This document shows, piece by piece, positions 1 through 13,005 of a DNA stretch of 64,000 bases. The notes beneath the pieces are model-generated. The model saw only the letters and a program-made list of their open reading frames with translations. It did no database searches and was not told the DNA's origin. The stretch lies in assembly GCF_004010195.1 (NCBI RefSeq), contig NC_057718.1, positions 21,570,844 to 21,634,843 on the forward strand, given 5' to 3'. This DNA comes from Chiloscyllium plagiosum. Lineage: Eukaryota. Positions within the stretch are counted from its first letter, which is position 1, and each line of letters begins with the position of its first letter. The position numbers and the translations under genes are program-made.

Positions 1-558
1 GGGAGAGACTATTTTCTATTCTTTCTTTCTGTGCAAGGAAAAATATTTTGGTGAACTGGTGGCTGAGGGCCCCCCTGGACTTTCAAATTGGTACAGATTA
101 ATTATGGAATGTATTCCCCTTGACTTCCTTACAAATATGGTGCACCGAAAGACCGAATTATTTTATAAAATATGGCAGCCCTTTTTGAATTACATAAATA
201 CAGATATTTCGGCTATCCTAACAAGGGCTTTTATTTAATTGTGATTACAAACCTGGCTGGTCCGGGGTCCCTTAGGAGAGGAATCCCGCACGAATACGGG
301 TTTTATTACATCTGATGTTAACACATTCCGAGCATGTAAGAGACTTAAATATACACTCTGGTTAGTTGTAGGTTAGATTAATAGATAGTTGAGTTTTGTT
401 TTTTTCTCTTTTTTGGTATTTTTTTTTCTTTTGTTAAATTTTGATTTAATTGTATATTTGATTTAATTGTATATCAATGTTTATATTTGAGAGTTTTGTT
501 TATTTTTGTAAACTTGTAAAAATGTTAAATTTCTAATAAAAATATCTATTAAAAAAAA
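1..558 (+). mobile_element. L1-clade LINE 3' end (ORF2 C-terminus, 3'UTR, polyA)
   Basis: Translates ...NWYRLIMECIPLDFL...ELFYKIWQPFLNYI*; T-rich UTR, then AATAAA and an A-run at ~535-558. Confidence 0.7.
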
Positions 559-689
559 TGGGAAACAAGCTTTGATTATGTATTTTGCATCTGAGAAAAA
601 GCATCGCAAAAATAGTTGAAAATCAAGAGACAGTGGGACATAAAAATTTTGAACAATTACCATCCTTAAAGAAAAGGTAATGGTAATAT

Positions 690-1350
690 TAATAGATCAA
701 GTTCTCAGGATCTGTGGACCTGAAGCCTACAATTCTATATGACATGGCCATAAAGATAATAGATTGTAGATAGTAGAGTATTGGTGGTAATCCAAACTTC
801 CTTATTAGATCTTGGAAAGGTCCCAGCAGATTGGAATAGAATAGTTGTGTTAAAGACAAGAGGGAGATGGAAATCTGGAAACTGTAAGCCAGCTTGCACA
901 ATGTCTGTCATTGGAGAACTGCTGAAATTCATTTTTTAAAAAGGCAATAACATTTAGAAAATTATAATTTAATCAGGCAAAGTCAACATAGTTTTGAAAA
1001 AGGAATAATGTTTGACAAATTTATCAGAATTCTTTAAGGATGTAACAGACATTAAAGTATCATATTCAGACTTCCTAAACATTTGAACAAGATGCCACAC
1101 AAAAATTACAAAATAAATAAAAACTTATGGTGTTGAGGATGATATATGAGTACAATTAGAGGGTTGGAAAACAAGCAGGAAACAGAATCGAGATGTGGAT
1201 CACTTATAGTTTGGGAAACTGTACAAGTGGAATACCACAGAGATCAGTGCTGAACCTTCAACTATTTATAATCTCTTTAATCACTTGGATGAAAGGACCA
1301 ACTGTACTGCAATCAAATTTGCAAATGATAAGTAGGAAAAACAAGATCTG
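690..1350 (+). mobile_element. Old degenerate CR1-type LINE RT fragment
   Basis: Remnants of P.FK..R..GNY.P.SL, GIPQ.SVL.P and KFA.D motifs with frameshifts. Confidence 0.6.
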
Positions 1351-1409
1351 ACAAAATTACAAAAAATAAAGTTCTGAAGAAGAGTCATATTAGACTAGAA
1401 ACAAGTGTT

Positions 1410-2418
1410 TATTATGAAAAGGGATATGGAAACAAGAGAATGTGGGAAATAAATAGCAAAATCTTGAAAAATGTCCATGTTACATAGGAGGAGGTGGAGG
1501 ATGTCTTAAAACACAAAAATATGATAAATTCCCCAGGACTTTAGGTGTACTCTAGAACTTTGTGGGAAGCTAGGAAAGAGATACCTGGGCCCCTTTCTGA
1601 GATATTGCATCATTGATAGTTGTGGGTGAGGTGCCAGAAGACTGGAAGGTTGGCTAACATGGTTCCATTATTTAAGAAAGGTGGTAAGGAAAAGACAAGG
1701 AACTATAGACCAGTGTGCCTGACGTCAGTGGCGGGCAGATTGTTGGAGGGAATCCTGAGGGACAGGATTTACATGTATTCGGAAAGGCAAGAACTGATTA
1801 GGGATAGTCAATATGGCTTTGTGTTTGGGAAATCATGTCTCAGGAAGAGGTGACAAGGAGGATTGATGATGACAGAGCAGTGGACGTGGTCTATATGGAC
1901 TGCAGTAAGGCTTTTGACAAGGTTCCGCATGGCAGATAGATTAACAAGGTTACAGGGAATACTAGCCATTTACATACAAAACTAGCTCCAAGGTAGGAGA
2001 CAGAGGATGGTGGTGGAGAATTGCTTTTTGGACTGAAGGCCTGCAATCAACAGTTTGCCACAAGGATTGGTGCTGGGTCCATGGTTTTTCATGATTTATA
2101 TAAATGATTTGGATATGAATATGGGAGGTATGGTTAGTAAGTTGGCAGATGATATTGGTGGTGTGGTGGAAAGCTAGAAAGGTTACCTCAGAGTACAATG
2201 GGGCCTTTCAGATGGACCGATGGGCTGACAAGTGGCAGATGGAGTTTAGATAAATGTGAGGTGCTGCATTTTGGTAAAGCAAATCAGGGCTTGACTTATA
2301 CACTTAATGGTAGGGTCCTGGGGAGTGTTTCTGAACAAAAAGACCTTGGAGTGCCGGTTCATTGTTCTGTGAAAGTGGAGTTGCAGGTAGACAATGTAGT
2401 GAGGAAGGTGTTTGGTAT
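1410..2418 (+). mobile_element. CR1 LINE ORF2 (RT) fragment, 5' part; continues at 7346 after a nested insertion
   Basis: ANMVPLFKKGGKE...NYRPV.LTS, DVVYMD.SKAFDKVPH, KCEVLHFG. Confidence 0.85.
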
Positions 2419-2836
2419 CATAAGAACATGAGACATAGGAGCAGAAGTTAGGCTATTCAGCCCATTAAGTCTGTTCTGCCATTCAATCATGGCTCATAAG
2501 TTTCTCATCCCATTCCCCGCCTTCTCTCTGTAACCCTTGAACCCCTTGACAATCAAGAACCTATCTATCTCTGTCTTAAATGCACTCAATGATTTGGCTT
2601 CCACAACCTTCTGTGGCAGTGAATTCCATAGATTCACCACTCTCTGGCTGAAGAAGTTTTTCTTTGTCTCTGTTCTAAAAGGTCTTCACTTGACTTTAAG
2701 GCTGTGCCCTTGGGTCCTAGTCTCTTCCACCAATGGAAACATCTTCCCAAAATCCACACTGTCCAGGCCATGCAGTATTCGATAAGTTTCAATTAGATCC
2801 CCGTCATCCTTCTAAACTCCATCGAGTATAGACCCA

Positions 2837-3295
2837 GGGCGGCATGGTGGCTCAGTGGTTAGCACTTCTGCCTCACAGCACCAGGGTCCTAGGTTCAATT
2901 CCAGCTTCCCAAAATCCACACTGTCCAGGCCATGCAGTATTCGATAAGTTTCAATTAGATCCCCGTCATCCTTCTAAACTCCATCGAGTATAGACCCATG
3001 GTGGCTCAGTGGTTAGCACTGCTGCCTCACAGCACCAGGGTCCTAGGTTCAATTCCAGCCTTGGGCGACTGTGGAGTTTGCACATTCTCCCCGTGTCTGC
3101 GTGGGTTTGCTCCGGTTTCCTCCAACAGTCAAAAGATGTGAAGGTCAGGTGAATTGGCCAAGCTAAATTGCCCGTAGTGGTAGGTGCATTAGTCAGAGGG
3201 AAATGGGTCTGGATGGATTACTCTTTGGAGGGTCGGTGTGGACTCGTTGGGCTGAAGGGCCTGTTTCCACACTGTAGGGAATCTAATCTAATCTA
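2837..3295 (+). mobile_element. HE1/V-SINE-type tRNA-derived SINE (head partly duplicated)
   Basis: A box tggctcagtgg, B box ggttcaattcc, V-domain tggagtttgcacattctccccgtgtctgcgtgggttt, (aatct)n tail. Confidence 0.85.
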
Positions 3296-3776
3296 GAATC
3301 TTCAAACATTCCTCATATGTTAAGCTGTTTACTCCTGGGACCATTCTTGTGAACCTCCTCTGAAACCACTCCAGGGCCAGTACATCCTTTCTGAGATATT
3401 GGGCCTAAAACTGTGCACACTACTTCAAATGTGACCTGACCAGAGCCTCAGAACTACATCCCTGCATTTATATTTGAGTCCTCTCAACATCAATGACATT
3501 ATTGCATTTGCCTTCCTAAGTATTGACTCAGCTTGCAAGTTTACTTTGAGAGAATTCTGGACTAGAACTCCCAAGTCTCTTTGCACTTCAGATTTCTAAG
3601 TTTTCTCCCCATTTAGAAAATAGTCCATGCCTCTATTCTTCCTATCAAAGTGTATCACACTTTCCCATGTTTTGCTTCATTTGCTACTTCTTTGCCAACT
3701 CCCTTAACCTGTCCAAATCTTTCAGCAGCCTTCTCACCTCCTCAGTGCTAATTGTCCCTCTACCTATCTTTGTACC

Positions 3777-3935
3777 CATGTGGATATGCCGGTGTTGGAC
3801 TGGGATGGAAAAAATTAAAAATCACATGACACTAGGTTATAGTTCAACAGGTTTATTTGGAAGTACAAGCTTTCGGAGCACTGCTCCTTCATCAGGTAGC
3901 TCGACTATAACCTGGTATTGTGTGATTTTTAACTG
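3777..3935 (-). mobile_element. Penelope-like (family B) mini insertion with hammerhead ribozyme
   Basis: Same terminus as copies at 6543, 10176, 31746, 50378, 56224. Confidence 0.7.
3864..3898 (-). ncRNA. Minimal hammerhead ribozyme motif (family B, intact core)
   Basis: Reverse complement: TAC CTGATGA A GGAGC AGT GCTCC GAAA GC TT GTA; stem I tac/gta, stem II GGAGC/GCTCC, palindromic AGCT. Confidence 0.75.
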
Positions 3936-6395
3936 TACCTTTGTATCATCTGCAAACTTAGCCAGAATGCCCTCAGTTCCTTCATCGAGACTGTTAATAT
4001 ATAAAGTGAAAACTTGTGGTCCCAACACTGATCCTTGCGGAACACAACTTGTCACCAGTTGCCATCCTTAGAAGGATCCTTTTATCCCCACTCTGCTTCC
4101 TGCCAGACAGCCAAGGTTCTATCCATGCTAGCACCTTGCCTCTAACACCATTGGCCCTTATCTTACCCAGTAGCCTTCTGTGCAGCACAGAAGTCCAGGT
4201 AGATAACATCCATTGGCTCTACTTGATCTCATCTGCTTGTTACTTCATCAAAGAATTCTAGCACATTTGTCAAGCATGATCTCCCCTTGATGAAACCATG
4301 CTGACTTTGTTCTATTTTACCATACACTTTCAAGTATTCAGAAGTCTCATCTTTCACAATGGATTCCAGGATCTTACCCAGAACTGAGGTTAGGCGAATC
4401 AGTCTGTATTTTTCCATTTTGTGCCTTACATCCTTCTTAAACAGAGGTGTCACATTAGGAACTTTCCAGTCATCTGGGACCCTCCCTGATCCTAATGATT
4501 CTTAAAAGATTACCACTAACACCTCCACTGTCTCTTCAGCTATCTCTCTTAGAACTCTGGGGTATAGTCCATTTGATCCAAGTGATTTATCCACCTTCCG
4601 GCCATTCAGTTTTTCGAGCACATTCTCTTTGGTGATGGCTACCATAATCAGCTCTGCCCCTTATTGTCTTGATGTTTTGGGAAATTACTCATGTCTTCCT
4701 TTGTGAACACTGACACGAAGTAATTATTCCGTTTCTCAACCATTTCCTTGTTCCCCACTACTATCGCTCCAGCATAAATTTCAGTGGTCCAATGTCCACC
4801 TTTGCCTCTCTTTGACCCTTTGTATATCTAAAGAAACTTACAGTCTTCCTTTATATATTACTGGCTAGCTTACTGTCATATTTAATTTTCTCCTACCTTT
4901 TTTTTTGTTGCCCTCTGTTGTCTTTGTAAACTTCCCAATCCTCTGGTTTCCCATTGCCCTTCGCCACATTATATGCTCTTCTCTTTTGTTTTTATGCTAT
5001 CCCTGATTTCCCTAGTCAGCCATTGTTGCCTCATGGTCCCTGTACCATGCTTCTTTTTCCTTGGGATGAATCTCTGCTGTGTCTCCTGAATTACTCCCAG
5101 AACCTCCTGCCTTTGCTGTTCCACTTTGCTGCTAGGTTCCTTCCCCAATCAATTCTACCCAGCTCCTCCCTCATGCCTCTGTAGTTGCCTCTATTCAGCT
5201 TTAATACCGCTACTTCTGATTCTATCTTCTCCCTCTCAAATTACAGGATAAATTCAATCATGTTATGATCACTGCCTCCTTAGGGTTCTTTCACCTTAAT
5301 CTCCCTTATCAAGTCTGCTTCATTGCACAACACTAAATCCAGCATTGCCTGTTCCCTAGTGGGCTCCACCACAATCTGCTCCAAAAGGCCATATCGTAGA
5401 CATTCCACAAATTCCTTTTCTTGCAATCCACTACCAACCCGATTTTCCCAGTCCACCTGCACATTGAAATCCCCCAAGATTATTGTAACTTTGCCTTTCC
5501 TACACATCTTTTTTATCTCCTCCTGTATTTTGCACCCCAGCTCCTGACTACTGTTTGGAGGCCTGTACTTAACTCCAACTATTTTTTAACCTTTGCAGTT
5601 CCTCAATTCTACCCACACAGATTCTACACCATCTGACCTACTTAGTTTCTTACTATTGATTTAATTTCATTTCTTACTAATAAAGCAACCTTATCCCCTG
5701 TGCCCAACTGCCAACCTTTTTAGAGACGATGTATATCCTTGAATATTCAGCTCTCAACCTTGATCCCCTTGCAGCCACACCTCTGTAATGCCCCCCATGT
5801 CATACCTGCCAATTTCAATCTGTGCCACAAGCTTATTTACCTTATTCCTTATACTGTTTGCATTCAGATATAACACCTTCAATCCTTTTTAACCGTCCCT
5901 CTTCTCATTGTTGGTTATTTGTCCAGTGTGCTGGAAGCTTGATTCCTAACCCTTTCCAAACACCCTGTCCTATTTGTGTCTGTGCTGGAGATTTTAATAA
6001 CCTCTCCTGAGTTCTGCACTCTTATCTCCTTCTTTAATGTGGTTTTTAAAATTTCCCCTATAACTGAATCCTCTGCACGCCATTTAGTTAAAAGCCCTGT
6101 TTACAGCCCTAGTTATTTGATTCACTAGGACTCTAGTTCCAGCACGGTTCAGATGAAGACCGCCCCATCAGAACAGTTCCCTTCTTCCCCAGTACAGGTG
6201 CCAATGTCCCATGAATTCAAACCCATTTCTCTCACACCCAATCCTTAAGCCATGCATTTACCTGCTTAATCTTATTGACCCTGTGCTAATTAGCTCACGG
6301 CTTGGGTACTAACCCAGAGATTATTACCCTTTTGGTTCTGCTTTTTAATTGGCTCCGAGCTGTTCATACTCCCTTAACAGAACCTCTGCCCTAGC

Positions 6396-6487
6396 TTCCT
6401 GAAGAAGGGCCTATGCCCGAAACGTCGATTCTCCTGTTCCCTGGATGCTGCCTGACCTGCTGCGCTTTTCCAGCAACACATTTTCAG
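6396..6487 (+). mobile_element. Penelope-like (family A) end with intact hammerhead core at ~6396-6430
   Basis: CTGAAGA A GGGC CTAT GCCC GAAA CG TC GA. Confidence 0.7.
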
Positions 6488-6542
6488 CTTACAAATGTCC
6501 CTGACCACTGGTTGAATTTGAATTATTTAGTCTAAAGGGTGT

Positions 6543-6666
6543 CATGATGTGGAGATGCTGGTGTTGGACTGGGGTAGGCAAAGTTAAAAATCACACAACA
6601 CCAGGTTATAGTCCAATAGGTTTATTTAAAATTACAAGCTTTGGAGCGCTGCTCCTTCATCAGGTA
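6543..6666 (-). mobile_element. Penelope-like family B end, hammerhead missing G12
   Basis: Reverse complement: CTGATGA A GGAGC AGC GCTCC -AAA GCTT. Confidence 0.65.
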
Positions 6667-7074
6667 AGGTGACTGCCTCCTGAAACACAGCGTCCAGGTA
6701 ACTTACCCCCTCCCTGATGTGTCACAATGTTTGAAGTTCAGACTCCAGCTCCTTGACTCTGAGCTGGAGTTCTTCCAGCCACCAACATTTATTACAGACA
6801 TGATCACTGGGAACCACAACAGGGTCCACCAGCTCCCACATCATGCAGAAAAAACACACCACCTGACCCTCCATTCTTATTTTATTTAATTAGTTTTGAA
6901 TTTTAAAAAATTAACTGATTTTGTATCTCTGCTTATGCAAGTTTTAACCAGTAAATAAGTTGTATCCAATAAATTAACCAGATTCAAATTAACACAGATT
7001 AGTGTTTAGCAGACCTCTTGTTAGCCAATCTAATCATAACCCTCCTATGCCGTCACCTTCCAGTTTCCCACTCA

Positions 7075-7345
7075 GATTCCCAGGCTGCTCTCTGCTTAGC
7101 TCCTCTCCCAAAGTGAAGTCTCTAAACCATGCGGTAAGTTTTTATACCTCTTACCTCCCCAGGCTTCTCTCCACATTGCTCCTCTCCCAAAGTACAATCC
7201 CCAAATCCATGCAATAAGTTTCTATACTTCTTACCATCCCAGACTGCTCTCCACTCTGCTCCTGTCCTGAAGTGCAGGCCCCAACTCCACGTGGTAAGTT
7301 TTTACCTTCCCAGGCTGCTCTCTGCTTGGCTCCTCTCCCAAAGTG
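7075..7345. repeat. ~79-bp tandem repeat, about 3.5 copies (CR1 5'UTR)
   Basis: cccaggctgctctc...ctcctctcccaaagt units starting ~7079, 7158, 7238, 7309. Confidence 0.7.
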
Positions 7346-8250
7346 GTTGCTAACCTTTATTGGTCAGTGCGTTGAGTATAGGAATTGGGAGGTCATGTTG
7401 TGGCTGTACAGGATATTTTGGAATACTGCATTCAATTCTGGTCTCCCTGCTATCGGAAAGATGTTGTGAAACTTGAAAGGGCGCAGAGAATATTTACAGG
7501 GATTTTGCCAGGGTTGGAGAGTCTGAGCAATAGGGAGAGGCTGAATAGACTGGGGCTATTTTCCCTGGAGTATCGGAGGTTAAGGAGTGACCTTCTCAAA
7601 GTTTACAAAATCATGACAGGCATGAATAGGATGAATAGTCAAGGTTTTTTTTCCCTTGAATATTCCAAGGGGAATATCCACAAGTGCACTCAATTGGTCT
7701 GTGTGGAAGCATGAAGCCAGCAAATGCCCTTCAGTATCTGCCATGTCACGTCTTGTAGAATTTTGTCACTTAAAAGAACTGTGGAAAGCATCAAACATAG
7801 AACAACTAATCTATTGTTAGATCCCTTTGACAGCAATGGTGGAGAGCTCCTGCCTGCACTTGTTTGGACATAGCTGGAGTGCTGGGTACAGTCTGATGAC
7901 TACACTATAGGAAGGATATGGTTGCAGTGGAAGGAGTCCAGAGGATATTTACCAGGATGTTGCTTGGTTGAAGCGGTTTAGCTATGAAGAGATGACTGGT
8001 TAGGGCTCAGGTTGTTTTCTGCAGAGCAGAGGAGGTTAAAGGGGAACCTGATTGAGTGGTTCCCCTTGAGGTGAAGGGGAAAATTTAAAGGTGAAAGGCA
8101 GGAGGTTTTGAGGATACTTAAGGAAGGTTTTTTCACCCAGAGAGTGGTAGGAATCTGGAATGCACTGCCTGGGAGAGTAGAGATCCTATGAACTGCCTGG
8201 GAGAGTAGTAGAGGCAGGAAACCTCGCAATCTTTAAAAAGTATGTGGATG
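7346..8250 (+). mobile_element. CR1 3' fragments (continuation of the 1410-2418 element plus a second piece)
   Basis: LEYCIQFWSP.YRKD...LGLFSLE.RRLR.DL. Confidence 0.75.
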
Positions 8251-8252
8251 AT

Positions 8253-9710
8253 GAAATGACTCCACAGAGGCTGATATCCCATCACCAAATCAAACTTTGT
8301 TTAGACATGAACAGTCCTTGACTTTAGTACTATCTCTTCAGATTCAGCTATCAGAGTGGCAGTATCTTGGACAGTTCAATGCAAGGAACCTTTTTATCTA
8401 TCAGTAAGTGCTTCCTAGTTGGGCCAGATTAATAACCCCAATTAGGGAACTCATATTCTGTGATGTCCAGCGGGCTGACCACGTTCCAACCACTACACAC
8501 CCCACCCCAACCGAGTCCAAGGACATAGGCTGTTCCTTTTTCTTGTATAACACCCAGGGGCATTTTAACACTGGGTCAGGTTTCTCCGACTTGGTGTGTG
8601 ATATGGGTGGCATGTAATGCCTCTTGCATGAGGAACACCTCAATAGAACTTCACTCTTCTTCCAATGGCAAGGGTGTTGAGGTGGCAACATCCATCACGT
8701 CTATCTCTGGTTCTGAGGACTTGCCATTGTTTGATGGAGAGGGTGAACCCACAGGTTCTGGTAACCTTTTGAGGGGCAGGGTATGTTTTGCTTGCACATC
8801 ATTTGTGATTTCCTGGCTTTCATTTGGTTCATGTGCTTATTCAAGACTGTCGCACCTATCCAAACTTTACACGTCACTGATCGTGACCTCACATCGACCA
8901 TACCTCTTACCCATGTGGTGTCATTTCTGTGATTCTTACACCAAATTTCATTCCTTGTATTGAACTGTCTCTCTTGCTTGGCAGAATTTTGTGATTGCCC
9001 GATGCTGTTTCACTCTCACCTCCAGATCCAGGAAGATCAGACTTAACATGGTACAGAGTCTAATACCCATTAGCAACTCTGCCGGTGCTATCTCTGTAGT
9101 TGCAGGTGGGATGGTCATATAATCAAATAAGAACAGTGACAGCTTGGTATCTTTAAGCCTTCAACATTTTGACCACTCTTTCTTCCATGCCATTGGTTTT
9201 TGTTTATATAGAACCCCACAGTTTGAGATCAAGGGAGGACACCAACTCAAGATTCATTCTGGGATCAAATCAGTGTTCCATAACGATTGACACCATTATA
9301 TTTTTGCTCGACTTATTTCCTATGAACATCCTCGCAGATATACTTCCTAATTCACTTTGTAGCAGAAGTGTGAAGATGCATACTAGATGGAAAATTTGTC
9401 CGCCAGTGGGAGCAAATAGTATTACTAAAACTAATTTCACACCTACTTTGTTTTTGATATGTTGTTAAAATGAACCTCTTGTCTGCCTGTTGAAATGTAT
9501 GTGAAAGATCACATGTCATTGTTGGAACAAGGGCTAAGAGGTCTCCCAGTATTGTGGTCAATATAGCTCCCTGAACTAACACCATTAAAAACAGTTTGAT
9601 CTGCTTGTTGTGTGTTGTTTTATTTGGCTGCTATTTTTGATTAAAGAGCAATAGTAACTAAATTTCAGATAAAGTCCACTGGTTCCACAGTGCTTTGGGT
9701 GCCTTGAAGA
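8253..9710 (-). mobile_element. Gypsy LTR retrotransposon remnant (3' LTR ~8253-8497, purine tract, integrase and protease fragments)
   Basis: Minus strand: purine tract then TGTAGT LTR start at ~8497; integrase-like TNGMEERVV...LFLFDYMTIPPATTEIAPAELLMG at ~9050-9200. Confidence 0.6.
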
Positions 9711-9711
9711 C

Positions 9712-11162
9712 TGTAGTGATTGGAACCAGGTGGATCTCAATTACTACAAGATTCTTGATTGAAGTTGTTAACCTGCGCCATTCAGGAAGCCCTGGCTGAC
9801 TAATATAAACAGGAAATTAAGGGCATTGCTTGTCACTGGCCACGCAGGTGTTTCCTTTCATCCTGGTGGTAGAAACTGAATAAAGATTTGTGCACCTTAT
9901 GTTTTTCACTGTGTCTCACAAAAAAAGGAGGAAAAAGAAAACAGGAATGTCAGAGGTTCTGATCACTCTGAGAGCTGGCTCTTGAGGGAGCTGGATCAGC
10001 GTGTGTGTATACAAGGACTCTCCTTCTTGACTGTGTCAGAGGGGAAGGGGACTGACTCTTAAAAAAAAAGGAATGTCAGAGAAAAAACATAAACAGGAAA
10101 TTTAGAATCTATCAGTTCAGGAACTGACTACAATCTGGATGACTACAGCCAGCGTGCTGTGCACAACTAAATAAATTTAAAAACCACACAACACCAGGTT
10201 ATAGTCCAACAGATTTATTTGGAGGTACAAGCTTTTGGAGCACTGCTCTTTCATCAGATGGCTTGGGGGGCAGGATCATAGGACACAGAATTTATAGTAA
10301 AGATCAAAGTGTCATACAAGTGATGTGATGTATCGAATACACCTAGATTGTTCAATACATTGCAATTTAAACTTAAGGTTTTAGAAAACACACACGCACA
10401 CATACTCACGGGCACACCCTCTCACAGGCATATATTCTGTACACTCATGCACACACTCTATCAACCACACACACACATACACTCTCAAATGCACATTCAC
10501 ACGCTCTCTCCCTCTCTCCCAAACACAAACACTCTCTCTTTCTCTCTCTCCCTCAAATGCGTACACACGCATGCACGCACACATATGAGTCTATGGGGTG
10601 GATTTGCATTTGCAGATTTGTATTTGCAGACATATTCAACTTTGTTCAAAAAGCACACAATCTGTAGGCAGTCAATCCATGTGACATTTTATAAATTCCT
10701 ACTTTGGAAACAGAATCAGTTTGACTCAAAGTTGGGATACAGACAGACTCTAACTTCACACCTTTAATGCATTGTCTGATGTGAAATGTCATCTTTCTTT
10801 TATAAAACCTTAAGTTATCTTGGGACTGTGACTTGAAAGAAGTTCTGGGATTTACATATTAATGAATTGAAACTGCATCCCCAGTCTGAGTGAGTAAAGA
10901 TTTAACACCAATCTAGGTTTGTTCAATATATCGCATCAGTTTTATGACACTATGATCTTTTACTATAAACGCTGTGTCCTATGATCCTGCCCAACTAGCT
11001 ATCTGATGAAGGAGCGACACTTTGAAAGTCTGTACCTCCAAATAACCTGGTGTTGTGTGATTTTTAACTTTGTCCATCCAGTCCAATACTGGCACCTCCA
11101 CATTGCAACTAAATAAAGTGTGACTTGGTGAAGGGACACCAGCCTCTGTGCAGTTAATTTAA
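9712..11162 (+). mobile_element. Related LTR in opposite orientation, split by insertions
   Basis: Starts TGTAGTGATTGGAAC; ends aataaagtgtgacttggtga...cagcctctgtg, the reverse complement of ~8255-8300. Confidence 0.5.
10176..11105. mobile_element. Penelope-like family B fold-back element (long inverted arms, (CA)n/(CT)n core, hammerheads at both ends)
   Basis: Inverted arms ~10176-10350 / ~10905-11070; 12-bp TSD caactaaataaa at 10164-10175 and 11106-11117. Confidence 0.75.
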
Positions 11163-11709
11163 AGACACCATGGAACTCTACATAAAAGCTCTTTCTTTAC
11201 ATTTCACAAAGAGAAAATTGACAACAAATCTTGTTAAAATGTACATTCAAGATTAAAAATTGGATATTCTCCTCCTGCAATTTTCTCTGTAATACAAATA
11301 GTAGGCTATATACAAGACAGTGAATGTTTTAGTTCCAGCAGTGTTTAATATGATTGACTGTGACTAAAATTATCTGCTCTTTCTTAGAATAATTTATCCA
11401 ATACTTAAAAGACGTCATCTAACAATAATGTATAAAATTGTGGCATAATTGACAAAGCTTTCAGATTTTCTTATGAATTGGGATTAATTTAATCAACAAT
11501 TACTTAGATCCTAGTCCTTGTATTTTGTTTACCTGGCATTTGCTTCTTGGATGACTCAGTTAAACATTTAGATTCCTTCTATTTCCTTACTAGTTTCTTA
11601 GGCTTAACTCTAGACTGTTCAAAACCTTAGCATCTTATCTATTCCAAATTTAGCTTCCAACCTCAATCTTTGAACTTCATTAGATAACTTGTCTCCATTT
11701 TTACAACAA

Positions 11710-11933
11710 GATTAAAGTGGTGCTGGAAAAGCACAGCTGGTCAGGCAACATCCGCGGAGCAGGAAAATCGATGTTTCGGGCAAAAGCCCTTCATTGGGAA
11801 TCATTCCTGATGAAGGGATTTTGCCCAAAACATCGATTTTCCTGCTCCGCGGATGCTGCCTGCCCTGTTGTGCTTTTCCAGCACCTCTTTAATCTTGACT
11901 CTAATCTCCAGCATCTGCAGTACCCACTTCTTC
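11710..11933. mobile_element. Penelope-like family A fold-back mini element
   Basis: Inverted arms around ...gcccttca / cctgatgaaggg...; flanking repeat tccatttttac. Confidence 0.75.
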
Positions 11934-12084
11934 CTAGTCCATTTTTACTTCAGTCCACTTGCTGCAGAAAGTCTCATTGTCAATCTCTGATTTTCATCCA
12001 ATGCTCTTCTGGTAAACTCCTAGCCTTTACCTTCCATAAACTTCAGTTCATCAAGACTATGCTTCCCATACATTTCTTTCCTGT

Positions 12085-13005
12085 GCTATGTTTGCAGATG
12101 ATACAAAGATAGGTAAAGGAACAGGTAACATTGAGAAGATGGCAAGGCTGCAAAAGGATTTGGATAGGTTAGGAGAGTGGCAAAGAAGTGGCAGATGGAG
12201 TACAACGTGGAAAAGTGTGAGGTCATGCAGTTTGGTAGGAAGAATAGAGGCATGTACTATTTTCTAAATGGGGAGAAAATTCAGAACTCTGAAGTTCATG
12301 GAGATTTGAGAGTTCTAGTCCAGATTTCTCTGAAGGTATACTTGCAGGTTGAGTCAGTAGTTCAGAAGGCAAATGCAATGATGGCATTTAATTTGAGATG
12401 ACTTGAACATAAAAGCAGGGATGTACTTCTCAGGCTCTATAAGGCTCTGGTCAGACAACATTTGGAGTATTGCATGCAATTTTGGGCCCCATATCTCAGG
12501 AAGGATGTACTTGTCCTGGAGCGTGTTCAGAGGAAATTTCACGAGAATGGTCCGAGGAATGAACATCTTAACATATGTTTGAGGACTCTGGGTCTATACT
12601 CAGTGGAGTTAAGAAAGATGAGGGAGATCTAATTGAAATTTACAGAATACTGAATGGCCTAGACAATGTGGATTTTGGGAAGATGTTTTTATTGGTAGGA
12701 GAGACTTGGATCTGAGGGCACAATTTTAAAGTAAAGGGAAGACCTTTTAAAACAGAGATAAGGAGAAACTTCTTCAGTCAGAGAGTGATGAATCTATGGA
12801 ATTCACTGCTGTAGAAGGCTGTGAAGGCCAGGTCATTGAGCATATTTAAGACGGAGATAGATAAATTCTTGGTTGTAAAGGGGATCAAGGGTTATGGGAA
12901 AAAAGCAGAAGAATGGGACTAAGAAAGTTATCATCCATGATTGAATAGCGGAGCAGACTTAATCAGCTGAATGGCTTAATTTCTGCACTTATGTCTTATG
13001 GTCTT
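12085..13005 (+). mobile_element. CR1 LINE 3' portion
   Basis: FADDTK, WQMEYNVEKCEVMQFG, CR1 3'UTR with (ttatg)-like tail. Confidence 0.85.

Larger units (their letters stand above)
2419..7345 (-). mobile_element. Near full-length degenerate CR1 LINE (5'UTR repeats, ORF1 remnant, APE+RT ORF2, 3' tail) nested inside another CR1
   Basis: Minus-strand [48 protein letters not shown]; the host CR1 resumes at 7346. Confidence 0.8.

Noticed and set aside
2837..2905. tRNA-like A/B boxes here and at other SINE heads
   Set aside because: They are tRNA-derived SINE heads followed by the V-domain and tail, with no complete cloverleaf.
7075..7345. Spaced repeats resembling a CRISPR array
   Set aside because: Whole units are similar (no unique spacers), the context is eukaryotic, and they sit at a CR1 5' end.
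10348..10767. 139-aa His/Thr-rich ORF
   Set aside because: Translation of (CA)n/(CT)n microsatellite inside a repeat.
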